Of a stretch of 48,539 bases of DNA, positions 19,468 through 30,014 are shown piece by piece. The position numbers were made by a program, and so were the translations under genes. A model generated the notes under the pieces. The model ran no database searches. It had not been told where the DNA came from and saw only the letters and a program-made list of their open reading frames with translations. Position 1 is the stretch's first letter, and the number at the start of each line of letters is the position of its first letter. The DNA lies in contig CAWAPJ010000031.1 in assembly GCA_963783885.1 (NCBI GenBank), positions 1 through 48,539 on the forward strand. The letters run 5' to 3'. The DNA comes from Waddliaceae bacterium. GTDB taxonomy: Bacteria > Chlamydiota > Chlamydiia > Chlamydiales > SLFE01.

Positions 19468-20460
19468 ATGAAGATTCAGGGGTTTGCAGCAGAAAAATCG
19501 GCAGCTGAGCTGACACCTCTTGCTTATGATATTCCTGAGCTTGGGATCGAAGATGTTTTGATCGACATCACGCATTGCGGGATCTGTCACAGCGACATCC
19601 ATCTCATCGACGATGATTGGCAAATGAGCACATACCCTTTTATTCCCGGGCACGAAATCATCGGGATTGTGCGCGACGTTGGCAGCTTGTCATCGAATTT
19701 GTTTGTAGGTCAAAAAGTGGGGGTGGGATGGCAATGCGGGGCTTGTTTTTATTGCCAATGGTGCCTCAAGGGAATGGAAAATTTATGTGACCACCACCAG
19801 CCGACATGTGTTGGCAGGCATGGGGGGTATGCTGATGCGATTATAGTTGATAGCCGCTTTGCTTTTCCAATTCCCGATAATATGGATTCGGCAGGTACAG
19901 CTCCTCTTTTTTGCGGCGGAGCGACCGTTTATTCCGCTCTGAAAAACTCAGGCGTCAATTCCAGCTCGCGTGTTGGTGTTCTTGGTATTGGAGGTTTGGG
20001 ACATCTGGCTCTGCAGTTTGCAAAAGCAATGGGCGCTCATGTGACAGCTTTTTCTACATCATCTTCAAAAGAAAAAGAAGCTCTCTCACTCGGCGCCGAT
20101 CAATTTCTTCTCAGCCCGGATTCAAATCAGGAAGCATTCGATGTGATTCTCTCTACTGTGACTGCAAGTCTTGACTGGGAAAAATGGCTGTCACTTATTG
20201 GCCCCAGAGGAACTCTTTGTTTTGTAGGCGCTGCCCCGGGAACTATCGACGTGGGCATTCAGAGTCTGGTGTCTAAAGAGCGGAAGGTTTCGGGAAGTAT
20301 GATTGCAGACAGGCATACAATCTTAGAAATGCTAAGCTTAGCTTCGAGAAAAGATATCAAAGCAGTCGTGGAGGAGTATCCGCTAAAAGATGTGAACCAG
20401 GCAATTTCTCGTGTCAGGGAAAACAAAGTTCACTACCGAGCCGTTTTGACTATTTCGTGA
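19468..20460 (+). CDS. Zn-dependent NAD(P)H aldehyde reductase / cinnamyl alcohol dehydrogenase family (Ahr-like)
   Basis: CGICHSD, GHEIIG, CxxCxxC(x7)C and GIGGLGH motifs. Confidence 0.92.
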   Translation: MKIQGFAAEKSAAELTPLAYDIPELGIEDVLIDITHCGICHSDIHLIDDDWQMSTYPFIPGHEIIGIVRDVGSLSSNLFVGQKVGVGWQCGACFYCQWCLKGMENLCDHHQPTCVGRHGGYADAIIVDSRFAFPIPDNMDSAGTAPLFCGGATVYSALKNSGVNSSSRVGVLGIGGLGHLALQFAKAMGAHVTAFSTSSSKEKEALSLGADQFLLSPDSNQEAFDVILSTVTASLDWEKWLSLIGPRGTLCFVGAAPGTIDVGIQSLVSKERKVSGSMIADRHTILEMLSLASRKDIKAVVEEYPLKDVNQAISRVRENKVHYRAVLTIS

Positions 20461-22936
20461 TAATTCCTGCTTTTTTCAACATTTTTTTTGCACCGAATTC
20501 TGTTAACAAAAATTGGGTTCCTGTTATTGTCCAGGCCATTTCCACATGCTTATCATTAATCAGGTCATTCAGGCAGATATAAAGGTTGTCGTCTTCGATA
20601 ATTTGCCTGTTAACAGTTTTGCAAAAGTCGAAGATCAGTTCTTCGAGTTTCGAATACATGTGAAAGGTTACAGATACTTCTTGATCTAATACTCTAGACA
20701 AATTCTCATGAATGATTGTTTGAAGAATTTTGCTGACAGCCCCCTTTCCATTCGAATAGGAGTAGAGGGGTCCCTTTGACTTTAGTGGAAGACGATGAAA
20801 GGTGAAAGGTATTCCGTTTTCGTGTATAGAGGCTAGTGTTAGGATAAGAGTTTTATAAAATGTTTCATATTCCTGTTTTCTGAGAAAATCGATAATCCAT
20901 GAAAATTGGTAGGCGGTTATTGAAACGTCTTTTTGATTCGTTTGATCAAGAAGGTCAAATAATAACCTGTTTTCTCTTAATTTTTCTTTTATGAATGACA
21001 AAGGATAACCTAGCAGAGCTTGACATTGCTTATCGTCATAGGGGCAATCCTCAATCATGTTTTCAAGGACTTGAGAGTTGATTCCTTTGGGCAAGTGGTC
21101 CCTTGTCGGCGGTATAAAAACTTGTGGAAACGTCCCGGGAAACAACACGCATCTCTTCGGAGATCGAGTGAGTATTTTAGATGACTTGCCATTTATATTC
21201 TTAAGCGCCCTTCGAATTATGAGGGTATCCTCATCAAGATCAAAAAATTTTCTCCTATCGAGAATATATCGAGAAAGAAAATAAACTTCGTTTTTATTTT
21301 CCAAGGTTCCCAGTTTATAATTGCATATCGAAAGGAATTTATTATTGAATTCTTTCTGCGAAGAATTCCCGATTTGCAATGCCTCCTTAACTATCTGGAA
21401 AATGATTTTGAATTCCTTTTCGCCAAAATAAGCTGAAAGAAATGGGAGTGCATGTTGAAGAATTTCTTCATCAATATTTTGATCTTGTACAAATATCGAC
21501 AGTTTGAGTATATCCGCTATGCTCCAATGGGTCAAAGATGATGTTTGTAAAGAATTTGTCAGTTCCGTGATGTTGTTTCGTTTCTTTTTGCCTTCTATAG
21601 CTCTAAATTTTTCAAACAGTACTTTTATTGTATTCTTATTGTCTTCTTCCAATGTGATTATTTGATTTAAAAAGGGGGTTATTTCCCTGCGCTCTATTGG
21701 ATCTTTGAATTTTGCTAATGTTTTGAGAATAAATTTTATGTCATCAGCAGACATTTTCGGTGTTCTTAATGAATTTGCTAGTTCGACAATTTCCCTGCGC
21801 TCTATTGGATCTTTGAATTTTGCTAATGTTTTGAGAATAAATTTTATGTCATCAGCAGACATTTTCGGTGTTCTTAATGAATTTGCTAGTTCGACAATTT
21901 CCCTGCGCTCTATTGGATCTTTGAATTTTGCTAATGTTTTGAGAATAAATTTTATGTCATCAGCAGACATTTTTGGTGTTCTTAATGAATTTGCTAGTTC
22001 GACAATTTCCTGTCTTTTATGTCTATCTTTTATTTTTGCCAAAAATTTCATAATTCTTTGAAGAACAAAAAGATCCATTTCTGGTTTTTTTAAAGAAATG
22101 ACCTGATTTGTAATTTCATCAATTTCTGCTGGATCTTCGATATTTTGGAATGCTTGATGTATCATCCCTATTGCGGGCATTGCGGCAGTAGTAAGATCCG
22201 GTAGTTTCAAGGATTGAATCACTCTTATATATACCCTGCGTCTTGTGGAATCTTTGATTTCTGCTAAACCTTTAACAATCACTAAAACATGCCAATTATC
22301 CATTTTCGGTGTTTTGAATGAATTTGCTAGTTTGGCAATTTCTTGCCGCTTTTCTTTCTTGTCGATATTGACCAACTGCGTAAGAATTTTCACCAGGTGG
22401 CAATCCCACTTTTCTGTTATTTTTAGAAGATTGATAAGATCAATACATTCTTTTAGCTCTCCTGGATTATTGACTTTAGCTAATGCGTTAAGAAGTTCAA
22501 TTATGCTAGAGGCGCTAATCACTGGTGCGTTTAAAGAATTTATCAACGTGACTATTTCCTTTCTCAGCTCTGGATTTTTTATTGCTGACAAATGAGATAC
22601 TAGATTACCTAAATCAAAACCATTTGCTATTGGTCTTTTTAAAGATTTTGCCTGGTAGACAATTTCTTTATAATCATCTTTATCCAAAAGTGTTATGGCC
22701 GTTATGAGATGTGTAATATTTGACTCGGATTCGCTGTCATCGATGAGAATTTTTACCAAATCAATGAGTTCTTTGAACTTTTTATCGAATAGACTTTTCT
22801 CAACAGACGACATATTTGCAAGCTGTCCTGTGGAAATAAAGATTCTTGCGACTTTAGCTATTCTCTTTTCAACTTCATTGTTTGTTTTTAGTTGCTGAAC
22901 ACTTGTGTGATTGGGCCTTGTTCTTTCAACTTGCAT
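20450..22936 (-). CDS. 828-aa helical 36-residue repeat protein, candidate secreted effector
   Basis: Long AT-rich ORF with roughly a dozen degenerate 36-aa repeats, three of them identical. Confidence 0.8.
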   Translation of the reverse strand: MQVERTRPNHTSVQQLKTNNEVEKRIAKVARIFISTGQLANMSSVEKSLFDKKFKELIDLVKILIDDSESESNITHLITAITLLDKDDYKEIVYQAKSLKRPIANGFDLGNLVSHLSAIKNPELRKEIVTLINSLNAPVISASSIIELLNALAKVNNPGELKECIDLINLLKITEKWDCHLVKILTQLVNIDKKEKRQEIAKLANSFKTPKMDNWHVLVIVKGLAEIKDSTRRRVYIRVIQSLKLPDLTTAAMPAIGMIHQAFQNIEDPAEIDEITNQVISLKKPEMDLFVLQRIMKFLAKIKDRHKRQEIVELANSLRTPKMSADDIKFILKTLAKFKDPIERREIVELANSLRTPKMSADDIKFILKTLAKFKDPIERREIVELANSLRTPKMSADDIKFILKTLAKFKDPIERREITPFLNQIITLEEDNKNTIKVLFEKFRAIEGKKKRNNITELTNSLQTSSLTHWSIADILKLSIFVQDQNIDEEILQHALPFLSAYFGEKEFKIIFQIVKEALQIGNSSQKEFNNKFLSICNYKLGTLENKNEVYFLSRYILDRRKFFDLDEDTLIIRRALKNINGKSSKILTRSPKRCVLFPGTFPQVFIPPTRDHLPKGINSQVLENMIEDCPYDDKQCQALLGYPLSFIKEKLRENRLLFDLLDQTNQKDVSITAYQFSWIIDFLRKQEYETFYKTLILTLASIHENGIPFTFHRLPLKSKGPLYSYSNGKGAVSKILQTIIHENLSRVLDQEVSVTFHMYSKLEELIFDFCKTVNRQIIEDDNLYICLNDLINDKHVEMAWTITGTQFLLTEFGAKKMLKKAGIITK
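21681..22010. repeat. 108-bp tandem repeat, 3 copies (coding, 36 aa)
   Basis: Units start at 21681, 21789 and 21897; only one synonymous difference (ATTTTCGG vs ATTTTTGG). Confidence 0.97.
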
Positions 22937-23060
22937 ATGAATTCCTTTTTTTTAAAAAAAAATTACACCACAAGCGGCATTTAATAGCCAGATGTTAAGT
23001 TTTTATTGAATTGAATTAGTTAAAGGCGTAAGATCAATTGCTTATTTGGGGGAAGTTGAC

Positions 23061-24128
23061 ATGCTGCAGCCTTTTTTGGAACTGTTTCTTTCTTCGGGAT
23101 CAATCATCAGTCTCGATCATGAACGATTGCTTGTCGGATTCGGGGAAAGAAAATGGATGAAAGAGATTGAAGATGAATCGAGGCCCGCATTTTATTTTCC
23201 TGATTTTTTTTTGGAGACAAAGACTCCTTGGTTTCAACAGGAATTTTGCTTTGAAGTGAGCGCCGCTTCTTTTTTAGAAGAGCTTTGTCATAAAGCCGAC
23301 CATTCCTGTTCGCTTATGTGGACGCCCCCTGACTGCAGTATATTTCAGTGGGGCTTTAATGATCTTAAAAAGCGATTTTCTCAAGGCATTTTATCCAAAG
23401 GGGTCCCCTACGTTTTTGAAACGTCAAAAGATGCTGTCGGGCCTTCTCAGATTCATCATTTCCTTGTCAGCTTGCTTCGCTTTGCTTTGCTCCATCCTGT
23501 CTATTGCTATGGGTTTTGGGAGGATGGCGAAGGGATTCTCGGGGCTTCCCCCGAGCTGCTCTATAATGTGGAAAAAAACGAGAGTCCCAAACTGAAGACT
23601 GTTGCTTGCGCGGGAACTTTAGGACGGCAGGAAACGGAAGAGGCGTTTAAAAGCGATCCAAAAGAGCTCGATGAGCATGAGCGGGTGATTGAAGGGATTA
23701 AGGATTCGTTAACGCCGTTTGGTAAGGTGAGCATTGGAAAAATGGACATCCTTGATCTGGGATCTCTGGCGCATTTACTGACGCCTATTGAGGTTGAGTT
23801 GGAGGGGCGTTATGATTACGAGGTTGTTGTCAAAGCATTGCATCCAACTCCCGCTTTGGGAGCATTTCCCCGAAAGGAGGGGAGAAAGTGGCTGATGGAC
23901 TACCGCCAAAAAGCTGAAAGGGGGCGGTATGGAGCCCCTGTCGGATTCGTGCGGGGAGGGGGCGACGAAGCGGGATTTTATGTCGCGATACGAGGGATGC
24001 AATGGAATAAGGAGAGGATTTCCATCGGGGCCGGTTGCGGTGTGGTTCCGCAAAGCGATTTTGAGAGGGAATGGGAGGAGGTCGGTCGAAAGATTCGGTC
24101 GGTCAAGGAGGTCTTTTCGCTTGTTTGA
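23061..24128 (+). CDS. menF: Isochorismate synthase
   Basis: LGASPELL, ELDEHERV, LHPTPALG, VAIR and GAGCGVV chorismate-binding motifs; first gene of the men cluster. Confidence 0.88.
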   Translation: MLQPFLELFLSSGSIISLDHERLLVGFGERKWMKEIEDESRPAFYFPDFFLETKTPWFQQEFCFEVSAASFLEELCHKADHSCSLMWTPPDCSIFQWGFNDLKKRFSQGILSKGVPYVFETSKDAVGPSQIHHFLVSLLRFALLHPVYCYGFWEDGEGILGASPELLYNVEKNESPKLKTVACAGTLGRQETEEAFKSDPKELDEHERVIEGIKDSLTPFGKVSIGKMDILDLGSLAHLLTPIEVELEGRYDYEVVVKALHPTPALGAFPRKEGRKWLMDYRQKAERGRYGAPVGFVRGGGDEAGFYVAIRGMQWNKERISIGAGCGVVPQSDFEREWEEVGRKIRSVKEVFSLV

Positions 24129-25671
24129 ACCATGGCTGGGGCAAATTTTGCAGGAGATTGTTGGACGGGGTGTGGGAGAGTTTTGTATTTGCCCCGGCAA
24201 GCGGAATGCTCCATTGGTATGGGCCCTCGAGCAGTATCCGGAGCTTGAGCTGCATCATTGGTACGAAGAGAGGTCGGCGGCTTTTTTTGCCCTGGGAAGG
24301 GCGAGGGCAGCCGGCAGGCCTGTCGCTGTCGTGACCACAAGCGGAACCGCGGCTGGCGAGCTTCTTCCCGCCGCGATGGAAGCGAATTATTCAGGTGTTC
24401 CTTTGCTGTTGATAACGGCTGACCGGCCGAGGAGATTTCGAGGCTCCGGGGCTCCGCAATCGGCAAATCAGGTGGGTATTTACAGCAATTTTACCTCTTT
24501 TGAACAAGATTTGGAAGTAGGAGAGCTTTGCAGTTTGCAGCACTGGAATAAAAGAAATCCGGCCCACCTCAATATTTGTTTTGAAGAACCGCAATCGATA
24601 TTTGATTACCGACTTCCTCCTTTGGAGTTGGAAGCGGAAAGTTTCAGCGCGGAATTGCCTGTGAAGCGGGAGTCTTTGCGAAAGTTCCATTCTTTTTTGG
24701 AATCTGCAAAGCGCCTTCTCGTTGTCGTCGGGACGCTTGGAGAAGATGCCAGGCAACCCGTTTTGGATTTTCTGCTCAAATTGCAAGCCCCGGTCTATTG
24801 TGAAGCAGTGTCGGGATTAAGAGAGCGGGAAGAGTTAAGGCTTCTTAAGGTTCGAAGCACCGAAGGGCTGTGGGAGCAGCCGATTGATGCCCTGTTGCGC
24901 ATCGGGGGAGTGCCGACATTTCGGGGATGGCGCGACCTAGAGGACCTCGAAGGAAAAGTAGAGGTATGTTCAGTAAGCCAAGCGCCCTTTTCGGGCTTGA
25001 GCTGGGGTTCGGTGATTCATACGTCTTTAAAAGACTTTTTTCCAAAAGTTACAGTAGACAGAACCTTGAATTGGAGCCCCTGCTTTGCCGATCCTACTGA
25101 GCTGTTTGCTAAGTATCCGAAAGCCGAGCCGTCGTTAATCCATGAGCTGTCCAAAATCATTCCGCAAAACAGCAGGGTTTACCTTGGCAACAGCCTTCCG
25201 ATAAGGGAGTGGGATCTGGCAGCCTCAGGAAAAGCGGCAAGCGATGTCTGGGCAAGCAGGGGACTGAATGGAATTGATGGACAGCTGTCTACATTTTTCG
25301 GTCTTTGCGACCCTGAGAAGGAAAATTGGGCAATTATTGGCGATCTGACAGCCCTCTACGATCTTGCAAGCCCCTGGATTTTATCAAAAATGAGAGATTG
25401 CAGAATGAAAATTGTTGTGGTGAATAATGGTGGAGGGATGATCTTCTCTCGGCTCAAAATGGGGGAGGCGTTTCTCCATCGCCACAGCTATGACTTTTCC
25501 TATTTCGCAAAAATGTGGGGGCTTTGCTATGAGAAATGGAGTTCTGTCCCTAAAACAGTTGATTGCAAACCTCAGAGTCTCATTGAGTTGATCCCCGATG
25601 AACAGCAAACGGAAAAGTTTTGGAGGAGCTATCGAGATTTATGCGCTTCACGGCTTCTTGGGACGGCCTAG
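24121..25671 (+). CDS. menD: SEPHCHC synthase
   Basis: ICPGKRNAPL, ERSAAFFALG, TTSGTA, SRGLNGIDG and GDLT...NNGGG ThDP motifs; start moved to a TTG overlapping the menF stop. Confidence 0.93.
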   Translation: MFEPWLGQILQEIVGRGVGEFCICPGKRNAPLVWALEQYPELELHHWYEERSAAFFALGRARAAGRPVAVVTTSGTAAGELLPAAMEANYSGVPLLLITADRPRRFRGSGAPQSANQVGIYSNFTSFEQDLEVGELCSLQHWNKRNPAHLNICFEEPQSIFDYRLPPLELEAESFSAELPVKRESLRKFHSFLESAKRLLVVVGTLGEDARQPVLDFLLKLQAPVYCEAVSGLREREELRLLKVRSTEGLWEQPIDALLRIGGVPTFRGWRDLEDLEGKVEVCSVSQAPFSGLSWGSVIHTSLKDFFPKVTVDRTLNWSPCFADPTELFAKYPKAEPSLIHELSKIIPQNSRVYLGNSLPIREWDLAASGKAASDVWASRGLNGIDGQLSTFFGLCDPEKENWAIIGDLTALYDLASPWILSKMRDCRMKIVVVNNGGGMIFSRLKMGEAFLHRHSYDFSYFAKMWGLCYEKWSSVPKTVDCKPQSLIELIPDEQQTEKFWRSYRDLCASRLLGTA

Positions 25672-26308
25672 CGACTGGTCGTTTCTAGCGGGAGCTATTG
25701 CTTGCGATCTCTTTTCGGAAGAGTCGCTAGCGCATGAAACATTTACCGAATGGGCGAAATGGTTTAACAAGGAAACCGCCTCAGACGCGCCGAAACTGCT
25801 GATTGGCTACTCGCTTGGCGGCCGGCTGGCATTGCACGCTATCGTCGACAGTCCGGAAATGTGGCATGGGGCGGTGATCATTTCTGCTAATCCCGGATTG
25901 GTCTCGGGTAAAAAAGAGAGAATTGAAAAGGACGCCTTTTGGGCAAAGCGTTTTTCAAATGATTCTTGGGACTGCCTCTTGCAGGATTGGAATAGCCAGC
26001 AGATTTTCAAAAATGAACAGCATCATCCGATTCGCCGAGAATCGGATTTTAAACGAATGGGCTTGGCAAGAGCGCTGCGGCAATGGTCTCTGGGAAAGCA
26101 GGAAAATTTGCGCCGGACAATTTCCGAGCTAAATATCCCGCTCCTTTGGATATGTGGAGAGCATGATCAAAAACCCGGCTCTCTTTTTCATCCAAAATCA
26201 AAAATTTGCATTGCGCCGCAAGGGGGGCATCGCTTAGTATGGACACATCAACCATTGCTGAAAGAAGAAATTAAAAGATTTAAGGAGTCGTTATGTCAGC
26301 AGCATTGA
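25598..26308 (+). CDS. menH: SHCHC synthase (alpha/beta hydrolase)
   Basis: LHGFLG and GYSLGGRLA motifs; located between menD and menB. Confidence 0.88.
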   Translation: MNSKRKSFGGAIEIYALHGFLGRPSDWSFLAGAIACDLFSEESLAHETFTEWAKWFNKETASDAPKLLIGYSLGGRLALHAIVDSPEMWHGAVIISANPGLVSGKKERIEKDAFWAKRFSNDSWDCLLQDWNSQQIFKNEQHHPIRRESDFKRMGLARALRQWSLGKQENLRRTISELNIPLLWICGEHDQKPGSLFHPKSKICIAPQGGHRLVWTHQPLLKEEIKRFKESLCQQH

Positions 26309-27123
26309 CAGAAGAGTGGACTGAAGTCAAAACCTACAAAGATATCGAATTTCATCGCATGGGGGCAGTTGCGAAAATCACGATCAACCGTCCTGAGATT
26401 CACAACGCTTTTCGTCCCCTGACTGTCGATGAGATGCAGGATGCATTTGCCGAGTGCCGCTACGACGATTCAATCGGCGTTGTTATCCTCACAGGAAAGG
26501 GAGGCCGGGCATTCTGTTCGGGAGGGGATCAAAACATACGCCAGCATGCCGGTTATGTGGGTGGCGATGGGGTGCCGAGGCTCAATGTGCTCGATCTTCA
26601 AAAACAGATTAGGAATCTGCCAAAGCCTGTCATTGCAATGGTAGCCGGCTATGCCATCGGAGGGGGGCATGTCCTGCATGTCGTTTGCGATTTGACGATC
26701 GCAGCCGACAATGCGGTCTTCGGTCAGACTGGGCCGAAAGTCGGGTCCTTTGACGGAGGGCTGGGCAGCAGCTACCTCGCCCGTATCGTCGGCCAGAAGA
26801 AAGCTAGAGAGATCTGGTACCTGTGCCGGCAATATTCGGCCGCAGAGGCTCTTGAAATGGGCCTTGTCAACGCAGTTGTTCCTTTGGAAGATCTGGAAGA
26901 CGAAACGCTTAGATGGTGCGATGAAATCCTTCAGCATTCACCCATGGCTCTTCGTTGTTTGAAATCGGCGATGAACGCCGACTGCGATGGGCAGGCAGGG
27001 CTCATCGACCTGGCGGGTAATGCCACACTGCTTTATTACATGAGCGAAGAGGCGAAAGAGGGGCACTCGGCTTTTAAAGAAAAGCGGAAACCCGATTTTT
27101 CAAAATTTAAACGGTATCCTTAA
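26293..27123 (+). CDS. menB: 1,4-dihydroxy-2-naphthoyl-CoA synthase
   Basis: [19 protein letters not shown] and [14 protein letters not shown] motifs. Confidence 0.97.
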   Translation: MSAALTEEWTEVKTYKDIEFHRMGAVAKITINRPEIHNAFRPLTVDEMQDAFAECRYDDSIGVVILTGKGGRAFCSGGDQNIRQHAGYVGGDGVPRLNVLDLQKQIRNLPKPVIAMVAGYAIGGGHVLHVVCDLTIAADNAVFGQTGPKVGSFDGGLGSSYLARIVGQKKAREIWYLCRQYSAAEALEMGLVNAVVPLEDLEDETLRWCDEILQHSPMALRCLKSAMNADCDGQAGLIDLAGNATLLYYMSEEAKEGHSAFKEKRKPDFSKFKRYP

Positions 27124-27126
27124 AAA

Positions 27127-28023
27127 ATGACCAAAGATATGGGAAAGATTCGCCACTGGATATTGGCTGTCCGGCCTAAGACGTTAACCGTGGCTTTTGT
27201 CTCAGTTCTGGCGGGAACCTCTCTAGCCTGGTCTGTGGGAACTGTCGATTGGCTCATTGCATTTTTGGCTCTCATTTGTTCGCTGCTTATACAGGCGGGA
27301 GCCAATCTGATCAATGACGCTGCTGACTTCAAAACAGGAGCCGACACCGAAGAGAGGATTGGATTTCCCCGGGCAGCTCAAATGGGGTGGCTGTCTTATG
27401 AGCAAGTCTATTATGGCGGGCTTGCAGCTTTTGGGCTGGCATTTTTTCTTGGCATCCCTCTTATCATTAAGGGGGGAGTTCTCATCCTATTTCTTCTGAT
27501 CGTGTCAATATTGTCCGGTTACGGCTATTCGGCGGGCCCCTATCCGCTCGCGTATCATGGTCTTGGCGAGCTTTTTGTGATGATCTTTTTTGGATATGTC
27601 TGTACATCGGTGCCTTATTATTTGCAAACAGGAGCGATAGATGGAAAAATTCTATTGGCCGCAACCCAAATCGGCCTCCTCTCGACACTCCTCATAGCCA
27701 TCAACAACACAAGGGATATTGAGGGGGATAAAAAAGCCAATAAAAAAACGCTGGCGGCCATTTATGGGCTGAGATTTGGAAAGATAGAGATATCATTCAC
27801 TTTGCTCATTCCATTTTTACTCAATTTATTATGGGTTATGATGAACTATCAGATTGCGGCATTTTTGCCCTTGAGCCTCTTGCCTTTCGCGACAATCATT
27901 GCCCAGGGTATCTGGAAGTTTAATCCCGGAAGAATATATAACGGCTATTTTGTTTTATCGGCGTTGCTTCATTTAGTTTTTGGTCTGCTGTTATCTTTGA
28001 GTTTTGTCCTTCAAGTGTTATGA
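27127..28023 (+). CDS. menA: DHNA polyprenyltransferase
   Basis: RPKTL, NLINDAADFKTGAD and NNTRDIEGDKKANKKTLA motifs. Confidence 0.95.
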   Translation: MTKDMGKIRHWILAVRPKTLTVAFVSVLAGTSLAWSVGTVDWLIAFLALICSLLIQAGANLINDAADFKTGADTEERIGFPRAAQMGWLSYEQVYYGGLAAFGLAFFLGIPLIIKGGVLILFLLIVSILSGYGYSAGPYPLAYHGLGELFVMIFFGYVCTSVPYYLQTGAIDGKILLAATQIGLLSTLLIAINNTRDIEGDKKANKKTLAAIYGLRFGKIEISFTLLIPFLLNLLWVMMNYQIAAFLPLSLLPFATIIAQGIWKFNPGRIYNGYFVLSALLHLVFGLLLSLSFVLQVL

Positions 28024-28895
28024 AAATCTTTTTCCATATCTATCAACTTTCTACAAGAAAGGGAGCGCTTTTAAAGGTTATCTTCAAAGGCGGTTTGACA
28101 GGCTATGCTGACTGCCATCCCTGGCCTGAGCTCGGAGATCTGCCTCTTAAAGAACAACTCAATTGTCTTGTTGACAGCAAAACGACAAAGCTTACAGAGC
28201 AGTCGCTCAAATTCGCAAGGATTGATGCCGAGGGGCGCTGTGAGAAAAAAAATTTGCTGCGTCCTCTTAAGATTCCTAAAAGTCACTATCTTTTAATGAA
28301 GCTCGGCAAGAACTCCCAAAAAGAGATTGAACAGGCATTCAGCGAAGGATTCGAGCATTTTAAGGTAAAATTAGGTGCAGATCTTGAGGAGGAGCTAACG
28401 ATTTTGAAACCAATGCTGAAGATTCCTCGTACACGCTGGCGCCTTGATTTCAACAATCAACTAAAACAACCGGCTTTATTGAAAACTTTAGAAAGCGATG
28501 TCATTGAATTTGTCGAAGATCCCTTTCCTTGTGATAAAAGATGGTATGATTTTCCCTTCGCGATTGCCTCTGATCGCCAGGAAAATCCTCCCGAAAATTC
28601 TTACAAATACAAAATCGTTAAACCTGCTATCGAGAAAATGATCGAAAGCTCAAAACCTCTTATTGTTACGTCGTATTTAGGTCATCCTATCGGACAGGCG
28701 GCAGATGCTTTTACCGCAGCAAGCCTCGCAAAGCAATGCGATGTTAGAGTGTGCGGGCTTTTGTCTCACAGAGTTTACACTCGCAATTTGTTCAGTGAGA
28801 GGCTATCATGGCGGGGAGCCGAATGGAAACATCCGGAAGGTACTGGATTTGGTTTTGATGATTTATTAGAGGGGATAAACTGGGTTAAGTTATGA
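28020..28895 (+). CDS. menC: o-succinylbenzoate synthase (divergent enolase superfamily)
   Basis: FKVKLG, RLDFN and FVEDP motifs; position in the men cluster. Confidence 0.85.
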   Translation: MKIFFHIYQLSTRKGALLKVIFKGGLTGYADCHPWPELGDLPLKEQLNCLVDSKTTKLTEQSLKFARIDAEGRCEKKNLLRPLKIPKSHYLLMKLGKNSQKEIEQAFSEGFEHFKVKLGADLEEELTILKPMLKIPRTRWRLDFNNQLKQPALLKTLESDVIEFVEDPFPCDKRWYDFPFAIASDRQENPPENSYKYKIVKPAIEKMIESSKPLIVTSYLGHPIGQAADAFTAASLAKQCDVRVCGLLSHRVYTRNLFSERLSWRGAEWKHPEGTGFGFDDLLEGINWVKL

Positions 28896-30014
28896 CTTTT
28901 GAATGGGACAGCGATCACACAATTGTCTTAATGAATCCTCGAATGCCCGGCAAGGATCTTTATACCCACAAACTTTACGACATTGGGCTTAAGGGTCATG
29001 TCTGGCTGGCAACTTCGGGCACGACCTCTATCAAATGGGTCGCTTTGTCCAAAGAGGCGATTCTCCACTCGGCACGGTCGGTCGGCAAGCACTTAGCTAT
29101 GTCTGCTGAAGATATCTGGGTGCACGCCCTTCCAGATTTTCATGTCGGGGGGCTTGCAATTTGGGCCAGAACCTTTGTTATGGACGCCAGAGTTGTCGAC
29201 TTTAAAGCCCAATCAAAATGGGATCCCAGAGCCTTTCGCGATTGTCTGGCATCGTCAAACGGCACGCTCACATCTCTTGTTCCGGCTCAACTCTACGATT
29301 TAGTCTGTCTTCAGCTCGAGGCTCCTCCGGCTCTTCGCGCAGTCCTTATCGGAGGAGGAAGGCTTGACTCATCTCTTTACTCCATGGCTGTGAATCTTGG
29401 ATGGAAATGCTTGCCGACTTATGGGATGACCGAAACAGCCTCGCAGGTAGCGACGGCAAAGCCGGAGAGTAAGGCCGATCTGGAGCTTCTGCCGCATGTG
29501 AAGGCAAAAATTGATGATGAAGGATTGATTTGTATAAAATCCCCATGTCTGCTGACATGTTATACAGAAATCGGCGTCAAAACGGTCATCACCGATCCTA
29601 AGAAAAATGGGTGGTTTTGCACCGAAGACGTGGGGACAATTAAAAATAACACCATCAAAGTGATGGGCCGCAAGTCTGATTTTATCAAAATTGGAGGAGA
29701 AAGCGTCTCGCTCACTCTTCTCGAAAGTCTGTTTGAAACCCTCAAGCTTGAATATGGCGTTACAGAAGATATGGCATTAGTGGCGTTTCCCAATGAGAGG
29801 CTCGGCCATGTAATTCACCTGGCAACGACCCATGAATCACTTAGGCTTTTAACGCTTGTCGAGGAATTTCAAAAAAGGGTTCATCCTTTTGAGAGGATCA
29901 GGCAAATTCGATCGGGTAGAGAAGATTCCAAGAGGACCGTTGAACAAGCTCATCAAGAGCGAGCTGCTTAATTTGATTTCTGATACTCATTCGGAGATTT
30001 TAAGTCCTTTGTAA
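28892..30014 (+). CDS. menE: o-succinylbenzoate-CoA ligase, with an apparent 1-nt frameshift near the 3' end (ORF as assembled ends at 29971)
   Basis: TSGTT, TYGMTETASQ, TEDVG and GRKSDFIKIGGE motifs; the IPRGPLNK (A10) motif is in a different frame after GGG at 29914-29916. Confidence 0.85.

Noticed and set aside
21681-22010. Possible CRISPR array
   Set aside because: Contiguous in-frame 108-bp coding units with no unique spacers and no cas genes
23929-24120. N-terminal extension of MenD
   Set aside because: It overlaps menF in another frame; MenD similarity starts at the TTG at 24121
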